Of a DNA stretch of 64,000 bases, positions 10,992 through 20,765 are shown one piece after another. Position 1 is the stretch's first letter; the number at the start of each line of letters is the position of its first letter. The notes beneath the pieces are model-generated. The model ran no database searches and was not told the DNA's origin. It saw only the letters and a list, made by a program, of their open reading frames with translations. A program made the position numbers and the translations under genes. The stretch comes from an uncultured Oligoflexia bacterium (GTDB taxonomy: Bacteria; Bdellovibrionota; UBA1018; CAYHWW01), in contig CAYYYP010000009.1 of NCBI GenBank assembly GCA_964475985.1, positions 14,662 through 78,661 on the forward strand. Reading direction: 5' to 3'.

Positions 10992-12317
10992 CTAAAGCAG
11001 ATTGCTAGCAAGTTCCGAAAGCCTAGACCGCTCACCCTTAGACAAAGTAACGTGCCCCGAAATGGATTCGTCCTTAAAACGATCCACCACGTAAGCCAAA
11101 CCATTGTTTGAAGAGTCAACGTAAGGATTATCAATCTGGAAACAGTCACCCGTGAGCACGATTTTGGTTCCATCACCCGCCCGCGTGATGATGGTTTTGA
11201 TTTCATGGGGCGTTAAGTTCTGGGCTTCATCCACAATCATGAACTGGTTAGGAATACTTCTTCCCCGAATATAGGTCAGAGGTTCAATATTCAAAAGCCC
11301 CTGGCTCATGAGCTCTTGGCAGCCCCTACCCGCTCCACGTTTTGGATTTTTTGTTGAAGTTGCGCCAAAAAGAAAATCAATATTATCAAAAATAGGCTGC
11401 ATCCAAGGATTTAATTTCTCTTCGATATCGCCCGGTAAAAAACCAATATCTTTACCCAAGGGAAATACGGGCCTTGAGACAAGCAACCTTTGGTAAACGC
11501 CTTCGTCCACCGTTTTAGCTAGGCCAGCCGCGATGGCGAGCAAAGTTTTTCCGGTTCCGGCTTTTCCCACGAGGCTCACTAACTTGATCTCATCATTAAG
11601 CAGCATATCCATAGCAAAACTCTGTTCGGCATTCTTTGGGAAAATGCCCCAGAGGCCTTCTAGCGGTTTATAAATAGGAACAATTGAATCGATTTCCCGC
11701 TCGTAACGACCCATGGCCGTATGATTCGCATTGAGCTCGTCCCGCAAAATCACATATTCGTTGGCGAAAAACTTCCGGCCTTTTTGGTGGTGATTCACTT
11801 TTTTATGGGCGTAGAATTCATCAACGACCTGCGATGGTACAGAAACCGTAGAAAGTCCTGAATAAAGTTCATCCGCATGAATTTCGCTAGGTTCGTAATC
11901 CTCTGCGGCAAGTCCCAACGCGTCAGCCTTCAATCGCAAATTGATATCTTTGGTCACGAACACCAAAGGTTTTTTAGGATTGAGTTTTTGGAGGTGTAAC
12001 GCGGCCGCAAGAATACGATTATCGGGTGTATCTTCCGGTAAACCAGGGGGCAAAGTTCCCGTATGGCCAAGTTCCACGGTGATGGTTCCGCCCGTGGATA
12101 ATTTCACGCCCTGGGAGAGTTTTCCATTCTGCCTAAGCGAGTCCATGAGCCGGGAAAAATACCTGGCGTTCCGACCGTTCTCCGACATCTCACGCTTGAA
12201 GCGGTCCACCTCCTCCACGACCGTAATGGGGATAACGATTTCATTGGCTCCAAGTTTATAAAGCGCCTGTGGGTCAAATAACAAAACATTGGTGTCTACA
12301 ACGAAAATCTTTTTCAA
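10992..12317 (-). CDS. PhoH-like ATPase with an N-terminal PIN domain (PhoH2/YlaK type)
   Basis: N-terminal PIN-like segment (IFVVDTNVLLFDP...) followed by a Walker A motif (GKAGTGKT) and the PhoH core. Confidence 0.85.
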   Translation of the reverse strand: MKKIFVVDTNVLLFDPQALYKLGANEIVIPITVVEEVDRFKREMSENGRNARYFSRLMDSLRQNGKLSQGVKLSTGGTITVELGHTGTLPPGLPEDTPDNRILAAALHLQKLNPKKPLVFVTKDINLRLKADALGLAAEDYEPSEIHADELYSGLSTVSVPSQVVDEFYAHKKVNHHQKGRKFFANEYVILRDELNANHTAMGRYEREIDSIVPIYKPLEGLWGIFPKNAEQSFAMDMLLNDEIKLVSLVGKAGTGKTLLAIAAGLAKTVDEGVYQRLLVSRPVFPLGKDIGFLPGDIEEKLNPWMQPIFDNIDFLFGATSTKNPKRGAGRGCQELMSQGLLNIEPLTYIRGRSIPNQFMIVDEAQNLTPHEIKTIITRAGDGTKIVLTGDCFQIDNPYVDSSNNGLAYVVDRFKDESISGHVTLSKGERSRLSELASNLL

Positions 12318-12394
12318 AACATTCTCCCTTCACTCACAATGCGAGTGTATCGACGGTTCTCGAAATGAGAAAGGGGGAAGTCGAAAAGATTCCG

Positions 12395-13546
12395 TTATTG
12401 ATATAATCGCGGCCGCTTGCGTTTTTCGAAATCTTCGTCTTTCGAACGTCTGCCCGAGGAAGCATCGATCTTCATGGTGAACTGCACCATGTATCTGCGC
12501 TCGGTTTTCATTCCCCAGAGCGGCAACGCTTGGGATGCGTAGGAAGAGGCCGCAACTTCAAACAACCAGAGATCTACTTTTGCACCTAGGGTCCAACTCA
12601 GTTGCGAGAGGCCCGCCTGCACCGACAACTCACGTAGGCAGAGTTCCGTTCCAAAATGGAGTTTTTTGCGTGGATCCTCCCCGGTATCTTCCATGTGACG
12701 CACCTCGCCCGAAACTTTGAAGTTATAGCCAGGTTTTTTAGGCAAACCAAAGATCACAGCGCCCCCCAGGGCCATGTTGCTCTTAATGGGAGGAGGGATC
12801 CTTGATTGCAACCTCGTTCCAAAACTCGTGTCGCCAATATCATGCCACGCAAAGCCCGTGATAAAATCTATATTTTGCGTAAAAGGGATCTCATACTGAA
12901 ACCCTAAATCGATTCCAAACCCTGTGCCCGGATCAGAAATCAAAGACTTCACAAACCCGCTGTCGTTGAGCACAAATGTGGTGACGGGAATTTTCTGATT
13001 GATTCCCGTACGCGTCAGCACTTTACCCGTCACTCCATAACGAAAGAGGTGTTTTGGCGCGATGCCCCGGCTCTCCGAACCGAAACCCGCCACAAAACCT
13101 CGCGTGTAATAATAGTTCACCGAAATCTGAGGTAAAGCGGTGTTATTTATACTTAGGTCGCCATTGAAATCCGCGTAATACCCCACGGTAAAATGTGGCA
13201 AAAGCAGGCTTGGAAAAATGGAACCATTGAGATGGATGTTTTTTCCAAAGAGCTTATCTAGCGCGTCCTGGCTAAAGCCATCTTCCGTAATTTTCCTGAT
13301 GTAATTATAGCTCAGACGCAGATCATCGCTGGCTTCAAATTTAGGATTCAGCATACGCAGCTGAATCCCAGAATTAAATGCGATCCCCGCTGGATTGTAA
13401 AATACGGCATCAGCATCATCGGCAATGGCGGTGAAAGCGTTACCCATACCCATTGCACGCACACCCCGATAGAATTCCGGAAGCTCGTTAGCGGCAAATG
13501 CATTTGATAAACCCAACGCCGTAACCAGAATGGCCCAGATTCTCAA
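12395..13546 (-). CDS. Predicted outer-membrane beta-barrel protein (FadL/OmpP1-like N-terminal motif)
   Basis: Signal peptide (MRIWAILVTALGLSNAFA), then GMGNAFTAIADDADAVFYNPAGIA, which resembles the FadL-family N-terminal hatch motif. The rest is rich in alternating beta-strand-like segments with aromatic residues. Confidence 0.5.
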   Translation of the reverse strand: MRIWAILVTALGLSNAFAANELPEFYRGVRAMGMGNAFTAIADDADAVFYNPAGIAFNSGIQLRMLNPKFEASDDLRLSYNYIRKITEDGFSQDALDKLFGKNIHLNGSIFPSLLLPHFTVGYYADFNGDLSINNTALPQISVNYYYTRGFVAGFGSESRGIAPKHLFRYGVTGKVLTRTGINQKIPVTTFVLNDSGFVKSLISDPGTGFGIDLGFQYEIPFTQNIDFITGFAWHDIGDTSFGTRLQSRIPPPIKSNMALGGAVIFGLPKKPGYNFKVSGEVRHMEDTGEDPRKKLHFGTELCLRELSVQAGLSQLSWTLGAKVDLWLFEVAASSYASQALPLWGMKTERRYMVQFTMKIDASSGRRSKDEDFEKRKRPRLYQ

Positions 13547-13588
13547 AGTAAGGTTAAAGTTAAATTGACTTAGTTTCAGTTGCCGCTC

Positions 13589-14377
13589 CTACCAACTCGC
13601 ATCGATGGCGGCAATGAAACCCGTCCCGATGGTATCTTCGGCCGCCGTGCACACCGCCGGATCAACATTAGTGCAACCGCCAAGCGCGCACACCGCGGCA
13701 ACCACTGTGCTCAAATTGGCAAGGGTTCCGGTGTCTGCCCCCAATGAATCCAAAGAATCATTGATGGTCGAAAATGCAACCTGTATGGAACAACGCTCAG
13801 CCATCGTCGCATCCGACGCGACAAGGGGCGTAGTCTGCGCGCCGGTACCGGAGTCTGCGACGCCCATGCGCGAAATCAAAGATGAGATTACGCCGAGCTG
13901 CATGAAGATCATATAAACATTTGCGTCACCCGGGCGATCCACCGCAAACAAAGAACCATTGGGCGCCGTGGTGCGCAGGATGGTGGCCGCTTCCATGAAA
14001 TTTGCATAATGCCCGTCGGACCCGTTGGAATAGAGTGAACTCACGATAATATTCCAGATATTACCCGATCCCTTAAGATTGGTGATGATCCTCGTCATAG
14101 AGAACCCGGCCTTGCATGCGTAGGCCGAGGAAAAAACCATTCTGACCTCGTTGTCCGTACGGGAGGATTGATAGAGTGGCGTTAAGGTTTCAATGGCCTT
14201 ATCGCAATTCCCGGAATTCAGATAAAGATTGGCCTCTTCAATGACGGCCTGTTTTCCATTATCCGATTGAATGTCCCGGTAGCTTCCGCAGGAATTGAAA
14301 AACAAACTGAGACCCAGCAGCCCCAAAGCCGAAACAGAAAATAACCGACAAGGTTTTTTTGGAAAATCCATTTTCAC
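13589..14377 (-). CDS. Hypothetical secreted protein or lipoprotein
   Basis: N-terminal hydrophobic segment ending ...LSLFFNSC, with no recognisable domain. Confidence 0.45.
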   Translation of the reverse strand: MKMDFPKKPCRLFSVSALGLLGLSLFFNSCGSYRDIQSDNGKQAVIEEANLYLNSGNCDKAIETLTPLYQSSRTDNEVRMVFSSAYACKAGFSMTRIITNLKGSGNIWNIIVSSLYSNGSDGHYANFMEAATILRTTAPNGSLFAVDRPGDANVYMIFMQLGVISSLISRMGVADSGTGAQTTPLVASDATMAERCSIQVAFSTINDSLDSLGADTGTLANLSTVVAAVCALGGCTNVDPAVCTAAEDTIGTGFIAAIDASW

Positions 14378-14407
14378 AAAACCACTTCCTAAAAAATTTT
14401 TAAATTA

Positions 14408-15652
14408 TTAATGTAATTCGTTTATTGCCCGAACGACCCTGCGCGTGCCTTCGGCCACATCTTCATCACTGACGGCGAAGCTCAATCTTAAAAACTCTGG
14501 ATGGCCAAACCCCGAACCTGCCACCGTGCCCACATGTGCAGTATTGAGCAGATACATCGCTAAATCATCCGTGGTCCTCACGATCACTTCCTGTCCCTCA
14601 ATATTATTGTACTTCTGACCCAGCGCCGCCTCAACATTCAAGAAAAGATAGAAGGCTCCGCCGGGGGTAATAAATGACAACTGTTTACGAGATTCCTTTT
14701 GGATGATGCCGATCATTGCGGCAAGTCGACGTTTGAAAGCCGCCTGTAGCGGGGTAAAATCTGCCGAAGGGATATCTAAGGCCCGCAAACCGCCGTACTG
14801 CACGATACTCGCAGCCCCCGAAGTGCTCTGCCCTTGCAAAATGGACATGGCCTGCAAAATTTTCCTAGGTCCAGCCGCGTACCCTAACCTCCAGCCCGTC
14901 ATGGAATATGCTTTTGAAAAACCATTGACGGTAACCGTTCTTAAAAACGCATCTTCCGAAACGGAGCCAAAGGAACAAAATTCGCCATTAAAAATGAGTT
15001 TTTCATAAATTTCATCGGAGCAAACCAAAACCTTGGTACCTTCGAGCGCCATGGCAAATGCTGTAAGTTCGGATTTGGAATAAACGATGCCACAGGGATT
15101 GCTTGGACTATTGAGAATCAAAACTTTAGTACGGGGGCCAATGCTTTTTTTAAGCTGCTCCACCGTAAGTTTATACGAAGTAGCAGCATTTGTTTTCAGA
15201 ACGATCGGAGTGCCTCCGGCAAGCCGCACCATTTCTGGATAACTGACCCAGTAGGGGCTTGGAATTAAAACTTCATCTCCGGGAGAAATGACGGCCAATA
15301 AAAAGTTAAAGATGGCCTGCTTAGCACCGCTTGAAACTACGACGTCATCGGAGGTGTAAGCCAGTCCGTTCTCATCTTTGAACTTTTTTGCGATGCGCGC
15401 GCGCAACTCGGGAAGCCCAGGGACCGCGGTGTATTTATTTTTCCCGTCGGAAACCGCCTTCATAACGGCTTCATTTATTACGAAAGGCACCGGAAAATCG
15501 GGCTCGCCCGCCGCAAAATTAATTACGGAAATCCCTTTGGCCGCAAGCGCCCGAGTAGCCGCAGCCATTTTTAGAGTAGCGCTTTCGGCCACCCCTTGCA
15601 TTCTTTCCGCTAAGGAAAAATCGAGAGCATTGTTTTGGGATGATGGAGTCAT
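14408..15652 (-). CDS. PLP-dependent aminotransferase, class I/II (aspartate aminotransferase-like)
   Basis: Contains the SFSKAYSMTGWRLGY PLP-lysine motif, an N-P/SNPCG-type region and overall AAT-like architecture. Confidence 0.9.
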   Translation of the reverse strand: MTPSSQNNALDFSLAERMQGVAESATLKMAAATRALAAKGISVINFAAGEPDFPVPFVINEAVMKAVSDGKNKYTAVPGLPELRARIAKKFKDENGLAYTSDDVVVSSGAKQAIFNFLLAVISPGDEVLIPSPYWVSYPEMVRLAGGTPIVLKTNAATSYKLTVEQLKKSIGPRTKVLILNSPSNPCGIVYSKSELTAFAMALEGTKVLVCSDEIYEKLIFNGEFCSFGSVSEDAFLRTVTVNGFSKAYSMTGWRLGYAAGPRKILQAMSILQGQSTSGAASIVQYGGLRALDIPSADFTPLQAAFKRRLAAMIGIIQKESRKQLSFITPGGAFYLFLNVEAALGQKYNNIEGQEVIVRTTDDLAMYLLNTAHVGTVAGSGFGHPEFLRLSFAVSDEDVAEGTRRVVRAINELH

Positions 15653-15669
15653 AGTTTATTCTTAAACCT

Positions 15670-16164
15670 TCATTCTTTTTTTTTGTTTAAATAAGCGACC
15701 ACTTGCCTTGGTAAATAAGGACTAACGTCCCCCCCGAAACTTAAGAGTTCTTTAATCATGGAAGAACTTAAAAAATAAAGATTTTGGCCGGTCGCCATAA
15801 AAAACGTTTCGATATTTCCACGCAGTTCCCGGTTCATGGAAGCCATCATGAACTCGTATTCAAAATCACTGGCGGCCCGCAACCCGCGCACCAGAACGCT
15901 CGCGGAGTGTTTTCGCGCGTAATCCACCACCAAACCGTCCCACTGATCAACCTTTACGTTACGGAAGGGCTTCACGACTTTAGAAATGAGATCCACCCGC
16001 TCCTGCGCCGTGAGTAAGGTGGTCTTACGGTTTTTTTTCCCTTCGTTATTCGCAACGAGGATGGTCAGTTCCAAAAAATAGGATCTTGCGCGGGTTACGA
16101 TATCCAAATGCCCGTTGGTGAACGGATCAAATGTACCGGCATAAATGGCTTTAGGTGGCTTCAC
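15670..16164 (-). CDS. coaD: Phosphopantetheine adenylyltransferase
   Basis: AIYAGTFDPFTNGHLDIV nucleotidyltransferase motif in a ~160-aa protein. It overlaps rsmD by 14 bp, matching the conserved rsmD-coaD operon. Confidence 0.93.
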   Translation of the reverse strand: MKPPKAIYAGTFDPFTNGHLDIVTRARSYFLELTILVANNEGKKNRKTTLLTAQERVDLISKVVKPFRNVKVDQWDGLVVDYARKHSASVLVRGLRAASDFEYEFMMASMNRELRGNIETFFMATGQNLYFLSSSMIKELLSFGGDVSPYLPRQVVAYLNKKKE

Positions 16165-16798
16165 CCATTCTTCTTACAAGAATCACGACTTGGCTTCCAC
16201 CGTATTTCTTCACTTCCATCAACTCTAGGTTGGCGATTTTCAATAAATCGTAAACTTCATCGTTGAGCAGCGGGATATCCGCATTCTCTTCAAAGAAAAA
16301 TAGGCCTTCGCTTTTTAAAAAGGCGTCGGGAACCTTACTCAAAATTTTAAGGATCTTTAAAAAGTAGCCTTGATCATAAGGCGGGTCAGCCCAGATCACG
16401 TCAAAGCGCTGATCTTTTAACGTCTGATCTTGAGTTAAAAAAACTAGAACATCCTCCTCCTCTAGAGTTGCGTCCCATTTCAAGCTCTGCGTAGCGGTTT
16501 TTTGTACCGTTTTTGCATTTTCCGCAAAACGCTTCATGTTTTTTTTAAGGACTCTCACCGTCTGAAAGTGATTTTCGACAAAATGCACGCTTTGGAATCC
16601 CGCACTTAAGAGCTCAAAACCCACCGCGCCAGAACCGGCGAAAAGATCAAGGGCGGACAGATTCTGCGTGTGACCAAAGTAAGAGCGAATGACGTTCATG
16701 ACGGCTTGCCGCAAACGTTGGGCAGAAGGCCTAGTTTGCGCTCCGTCCGGCGCATTGATTTTAAGACCTTTATAAATACCGGAAGTCAAAACGAGCAT
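16151..16798 (-). CDS. rsmD: 16S rRNA (guanine966-N2)-methyltransferase RsmD
   Basis: SAM-binding motif LDLFAGSGAVGFE and the catalytic ADPPY motif, positioned directly upstream of coaD. Confidence 0.85.
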   Translation of the reverse strand: MLVLTSGIYKGLKINAPDGAQTRPSAQRLRQAVMNVIRSYFGHTQNLSALDLFAGSGAVGFELLSAGFQSVHFVENHFQTVRVLKKNMKRFAENAKTVQKTATQSLKWDATLEEEDVLVFLTQDQTLKDQRFDVIWADPPYDQGYFLKILKILSKVPDAFLKSEGLFFFEENADIPLLNDEVYDLLKIANLELMEVKKYGGSQVVILVRRMGEAT

Positions 16799-16818
16799 GG
16801 TTGAACCATACCCTAAGT

Positions 16819-17370
16819 TTAAGCCGCGTCGCGACCCTTTAAAGGAATTCGGAATTCGGCGCCAGAATCTGTCGAAATCGCCAAGGTATCTTTTTCCAGG
16901 GTTAAAATTACGCGCGTTCCGTTTTGCTCAAACTCAAGGGAGATCGCAGCGCAGCCCCCCACTTTAAGGGCAAGGCCTCCGCCGCCGAAACTTTGCTCAT
17001 AACCGTGAGTGTCACCGGCAGGTGTAGTTGTTGTTTCAAAAGCCAAGGGGTCAGGATGGACAACGTGGGCATCAGTTTCTACTAAACTTTCAGTGGCAAT
17101 TTTTGTATTTTTAATGGGAATCACCTTTGCATTTGGGGAAGCGGCCCCTTCGGTTTCGTGGTCAAAAATTTCGGCATTCGTTGCCGTGTCGACTGGTTCG
17201 GAAGGATTTTGAGGCGCCAGGGCATGTGCCGAGGTGTCGGGAGTTGTCTCGGCCGTCGTCGCAGTGGCCGTTTTGCTTTCAATGCCTTCAATCTCAGCCA
17301 GGATTTTTTCAATCTCATCTGATTGGTTGGAAAAACCGGATCCGGTATTTGAATTGGCGGCGTCTGTCAT
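16819..17370 (-). CDS. Hypothetical acidic protein
   Basis: 183 aa with a Glu/Asp/Thr/Ala-rich N-terminus and a Gly-rich C-terminal beta-like segment. No recognisable family. Confidence 0.4.
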   Translation of the reverse strand: MTDAANSNTGSGFSNQSDEIEKILAEIEGIESKTATATTAETTPDTSAHALAPQNPSEPVDTATNAEIFDHETEGAASPNAKVIPIKNTKIATESLVETDAHVVHPDPLAFETTTTPAGDTHGYEQSFGGGGLALKVGGCAAISLEFEQNGTRVILTLEKDTLAISTDSGAEFRIPLKGRDAA

Positions 17371-17567
17371 AGTTTTCTCCTTCTCGGCAACGTTTTTTTA
17401 AAGTTGCTGCGCATTAAATTTATAAAATTTCAAATTTCAAGGCGCCTTACATGAAGAACTTCGGACAGATGACTTTAAATATTAAGTTTCTAAGAAATTT
17501 TTTCAAACAAAGGTAGGCGAATACTTCCGAGTTGGTTAAACCTTTTCTTTGCTGTGGTTGCCTCAAA

Positions 17568-20500
17568 ATGACGTCCAACTTTGACTCTTTCCCAAAAAAT
17601 TTGAATCAAGCCCCCCGCGAAAATGACGGTATTTTTGCGATGATGGGCCTTATCGACAAGGACGTTTTATCTAAAAGCCTGAATGTTCCTACGGGCAAAG
17701 CCTTGAATCCCAAGCCCGTACAAAAATCTAGGCCACCCGCCGCCGCACCAAAGCTTACCCTTTCTGGCGAAGAATGGATTCAGCCTAAAAATGAAGTGTC
17801 GTTCCATCCCATTCTAAAGAGTTTTGATGAGTTATTTGAGCTCTTTAGACGGGATATCTTTCAACACCGAGATCAACTGCTCCACCTGAACAGCTCGCGG
17901 CGTCAAATGATTGAGCGCAGGCTTGAGGTCATCGCCAGGCGCATCGCAAGGGCGCGCGGCGAAAAACCCATTAAGGTTCTCTCGCTTCCCGATGTCCTAA
18001 GGGACTCTTTTCACGATATGCGGGAGAAATCCCAAGCCTTAGCGGCCCTGGATGGTTTTATCGCTGAAGTTGCGCTCCATAACATTTTTCAAATTGCGTT
18101 TCTGCTCTCGGCCGATGTTGCTCGATTACGCACGTTTGAAAAAAATGATCTCACGCGTCTTAATTTTGTCTGTCATTCCTTCGTCAATCAAAAGACCATC
18201 GCCTTCAACCAAGACAAATGCTCCTGGAACTTTGTGCGGCCAAGCATTTATTCCTGGTACAGCCTCTCCCCCATCGCCCTTGAGCAGCTCAACGCTGAGA
18301 CACTGAATCGTTTGTTGCGCAAGGACAGCCCCAGCCACAAACAAAATCAATTTATAGATTTTTCTTCTCTTGCGCCAGAACAAGAGTCTTTCGCCTTTGA
18401 GCCCCTTACGCAGAACATAAGCCAGCTTTTGGACGGCTGGTTATCTTCGACTCACCATAAAGCGGCGTTTGATCATCTCGATTTTGCGACAGAACGTTCA
18501 GGCATTCGCTCTCTGCTTAATTTTTTGGAGGCAGAACTTGGTGTTTCCCTGGCGGATCGCATTCAGCGGCGGCTGTTTTTAAAACGGGCGTTTTTGCCCT
18601 GCTTGGAGTCAGGCGCCTGGGCTTTGGAACTTCTTGAAAGCATGTTCAAAGTGCTTGAGCAGCAGTGGACCAGGGAAGGCGCGCTCCAAGGAAATCTCGG
18701 AACAGTTTCCCAAAATGTCGTAGAGGCCATTGAATATTCTTTGCAAAATTCACTCTGGGGTTGTGAGGGCGAAAGCTTTGAAACCTTTCAGCTGGAGGCA
18801 AGGGTACTTATCCGCGTAGTTGAATTCCTCAGCAAATTTGAAAACCACGGAGCTGGATTATTTAGCCAGGATGGTGGAGCACAATCGCTTTATCATTACC
18901 ATGGATCAAAGGCGCGCCCCTTACGCATTCCCCATGGGATTCGGATCGCGCCTCACCTTGGCATTGAACTTCATAATTTGGTTCAAGAGCCTTTAAGTCC
19001 TTCCTTCACTAATTTGATGGAAATCGGCATGTCACACGGAAGGTCGGCTCTGAAGTTTTCAAACGATGGCGTAGGCCTTCCGAATGCAACTACGTCCCAG
19101 GGCGTGGCTTCAGCATCTCCTGCTTCGCTGGATCTCGCTTCCTCTGCCCATTGCCAACTCTCACACCAAGCGAACACGGCGGCCGTCATTCAAAACTCTG
19201 AGAACTTCGATCTTGCGATTGTTTTAGATCATATCGACCGGGTGCGCTCGACACGGTGGCTTAAAGCTTTAGGTGAACAGGCTCCGTATTGGCGTGCATT
19301 CTTGGGCAGCAGTTCTAATTTGAATTGGGGCGAGTTGCACTTAGCCCTTGCACTTTCAAAGCTTAAGGAAAATGGAACTTGTGTGTTTTTATCCCACCGC
19401 ACCCTTCCCGATGGTGGGGATGGCGATCGTTTGCGCCGATGGATTTTAAGCCAAGCCACCTTGGAAGTGCAAGTGCTTGACCTGCCTGAGGAATCCTTTG
19501 GAAGTTATCGGCACCTCTACGTGTTTAAACGTTGCTCCCAAAAGACGGAGCGCGATCACCATCGCGTGCACTTTGGATCTTGGCGTGAACCACTTTCCCT
19601 TTCATTACTGGAAGAATCTTCCAGTACGCAGTGGGAAATTTCCGAGCGCGGGTGGGATCAAGTTTTTGTAAGGGGTGCAGCTCCTCTTGTGAGGCACCTT
19701 ACCCATAAGTTTCCCAAACTTTTTCAAGTGGCGTCCGTGCAAACTTGGTCGCCCGATCAACGTGGCGAGATGCAAGCGCTGTTTGATCAGAAGGATGTCG
19801 CGGCCCTTGAGGTCAAACGACAAGGTTATCGTTTGGAGTTTCAGCCCCTGCAGGCTCACTCGCCCTCCCGCGAGCGAGTCGTCATCTTCCCGCACAATGC
19901 GAATGATTTGTCTTGGCTGTGCAGCGTTTTAAATTCTTCGCCCGTTCAATTTTGGATCAAAATGCAGTTGACCCAGGAAGGTGGGCCCTTGCGAGCCCAA
20001 GACATGCGTTCCATACCCGTAGTGGATATGGCCTCCGTTTCATCCGAAGTGGTAACGCAGTATTTGCAATGGCTTTCTGGAGAACAATCTTCATCCCGAA
20101 TGAATGAAACGGCACTTTTGGAATGGTGCCGCACGGCAAGCCAAGAAGAAAAGGCGCCCATGATGGTGGCTCTGTCGCGCAGGCGCTTTACGCAGAAACG
20201 TACGCTCAACCGCTACCTTGACCTTTTTGAAACCTTTGAAGAGGACAAGTTGGATTTTGATCCGGAACGCCTCAGCGTATTTTACCCAGAACATCTGCTT
20301 TCCCAGATTGGCGAAGTATCTCACATTCGAGTGCAATACATTCACCCCACCGCCGTGAATCCAAATTCAAATTTAGGTTCGGGATCGGTGGCCAATTGGG
20401 TTTTGCGCGAAGTGAATGTTTCCCAAGCATCTGCGGCATCTTCACCGGCATTCTCATTGATTCAGGTTCAAGTAAAACAAGGCGGTCAGATCCGTTTCTT

Positions 20501-20765
20501 AATTCCAAGGATTTTGGCCGATCTTTTCGTGTCCCAACTCAAACGTTTGCGGGACTTCACTTGGGAAGAGGCGTTACAAATTTTGCGGGTGCCCTCTGAC
20601 CTTGAGCTTTTTGAGGCTCAGACTTCAGAAATCAGAAGAGTTTGCCAACAAACCTTATTGGAAGTGAGAGCAACGGACCGGGTTATGGAGGTCCTCTCCC
20701 TTGATCTATTTGAGATCCTGCCCCAGGATCGTCAGTACCTGAGGAGTGAGCTCAATTGGGTGTAG
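17568..20765 (+). CDS. Large hypothetical protein with a degenerate gamma-class N6-adenine methyltransferase-like core and a TaqI-like C-terminal target-recognition domain
   Basis: The ORF track starts at a TTG at 17532; I took the first ATG (MTSNF...) at 17568. FDLAIVLDHI sits where FDvIvgNPPY would be, so the catalytic motif is lost. A motif V-like segment (ELHLALALSKLKENGTCVFLSH) follows, then motif VI-VIII-like DRLRRWILSQATLEVQVLDLPEESF...LYVFKRC. The C-terminus has an LSWLCSVLNSSPVQFWIK...GG...IPV pattern typical of TaqI-like TRDs. The N-terminal ~550 aa is unassigned. Confidence 0.55.
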   Translation: MTSNFDSFPKNLNQAPRENDGIFAMMGLIDKDVLSKSLNVPTGKALNPKPVQKSRPPAAAPKLTLSGEEWIQPKNEVSFHPILKSFDELFELFRRDIFQHRDQLLHLNSSRRQMIERRLEVIARRIARARGEKPIKVLSLPDVLRDSFHDMREKSQALAALDGFIAEVALHNIFQIAFLLSADVARLRTFEKNDLTRLNFVCHSFVNQKTIAFNQDKCSWNFVRPSIYSWYSLSPIALEQLNAETLNRLLRKDSPSHKQNQFIDFSSLAPEQESFAFEPLTQNISQLLDGWLSSTHHKAAFDHLDFATERSGIRSLLNFLEAELGVSLADRIQRRLFLKRAFLPCLESGAWALELLESMFKVLEQQWTREGALQGNLGTVSQNVVEAIEYSLQNSLWGCEGESFETFQLEARVLIRVVEFLSKFENHGAGLFSQDGGAQSLYHYHGSKARPLRIPHGIRIAPHLGIELHNLVQEPLSPSFTNLMEIGMSHGRSALKFSNDGVGLPNATTSQGVASASPASLDLASSAHCQLSHQANTAAVIQNSENFDLAIVLDHIDRVRSTRWLKALGEQAPYWRAFLGSSSNLNWGELHLALALSKLKENGTCVFLSHRTLPDGGDGDRLRRWILSQATLEVQVLDLPEESFGSYRHLYVFKRCSQKTERDHHRVHFGSWREPLSLSLLEESSSTQWEISERGWDQVFVRGAAPLVRHLTHKFPKLFQVASVQTWSPDQRGEMQALFDQKDVAALEVKRQGYRLEFQPLQAHSPSRERVVIFPHNANDLSWLCSVLNSSPVQFWIKMQLTQEGGPLRAQDMRSIPVVDMASVSSEVVTQYLQWLSGEQSSSRMNETALLEWCRTASQEEKAPMMVALSRRRFTQKRTLNRYLDLFETFEEDKLDFDPERLSVFYPEHLLSQIGEVSHIRVQYIHPTAVNPNSNLGSGSVANWVLREVNVSQASAASSPAFSLIQVQVKQGGQIRFLIPRILADLFVSQLKRLRDFTWEEALQILRVPSDLELFEAQTSEIRRVCQQTLLEVRATDRVMEVLSLDLFEILPQDRQYLRSELNWV

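Noticed and set aside
10829-11206. 125-aa minus-strand ORF overlapping the 3' end of PhoH2 and element A
   Set aside because: It is an out-of-frame shadow ORF that overlaps a well-supported gene and the palindrome.
17532-20765. Calling the 1077-aa protein an active DNA methyltransferase or restriction-modification enzyme
   Set aside because: There is no NPPY/DPPY/NPPF catalytic motif and no clear FxGxG SAM-binding motif; only the post-catalytic motifs and a TRD-like region are recognisable. I reported it as MTase-like and inactive.
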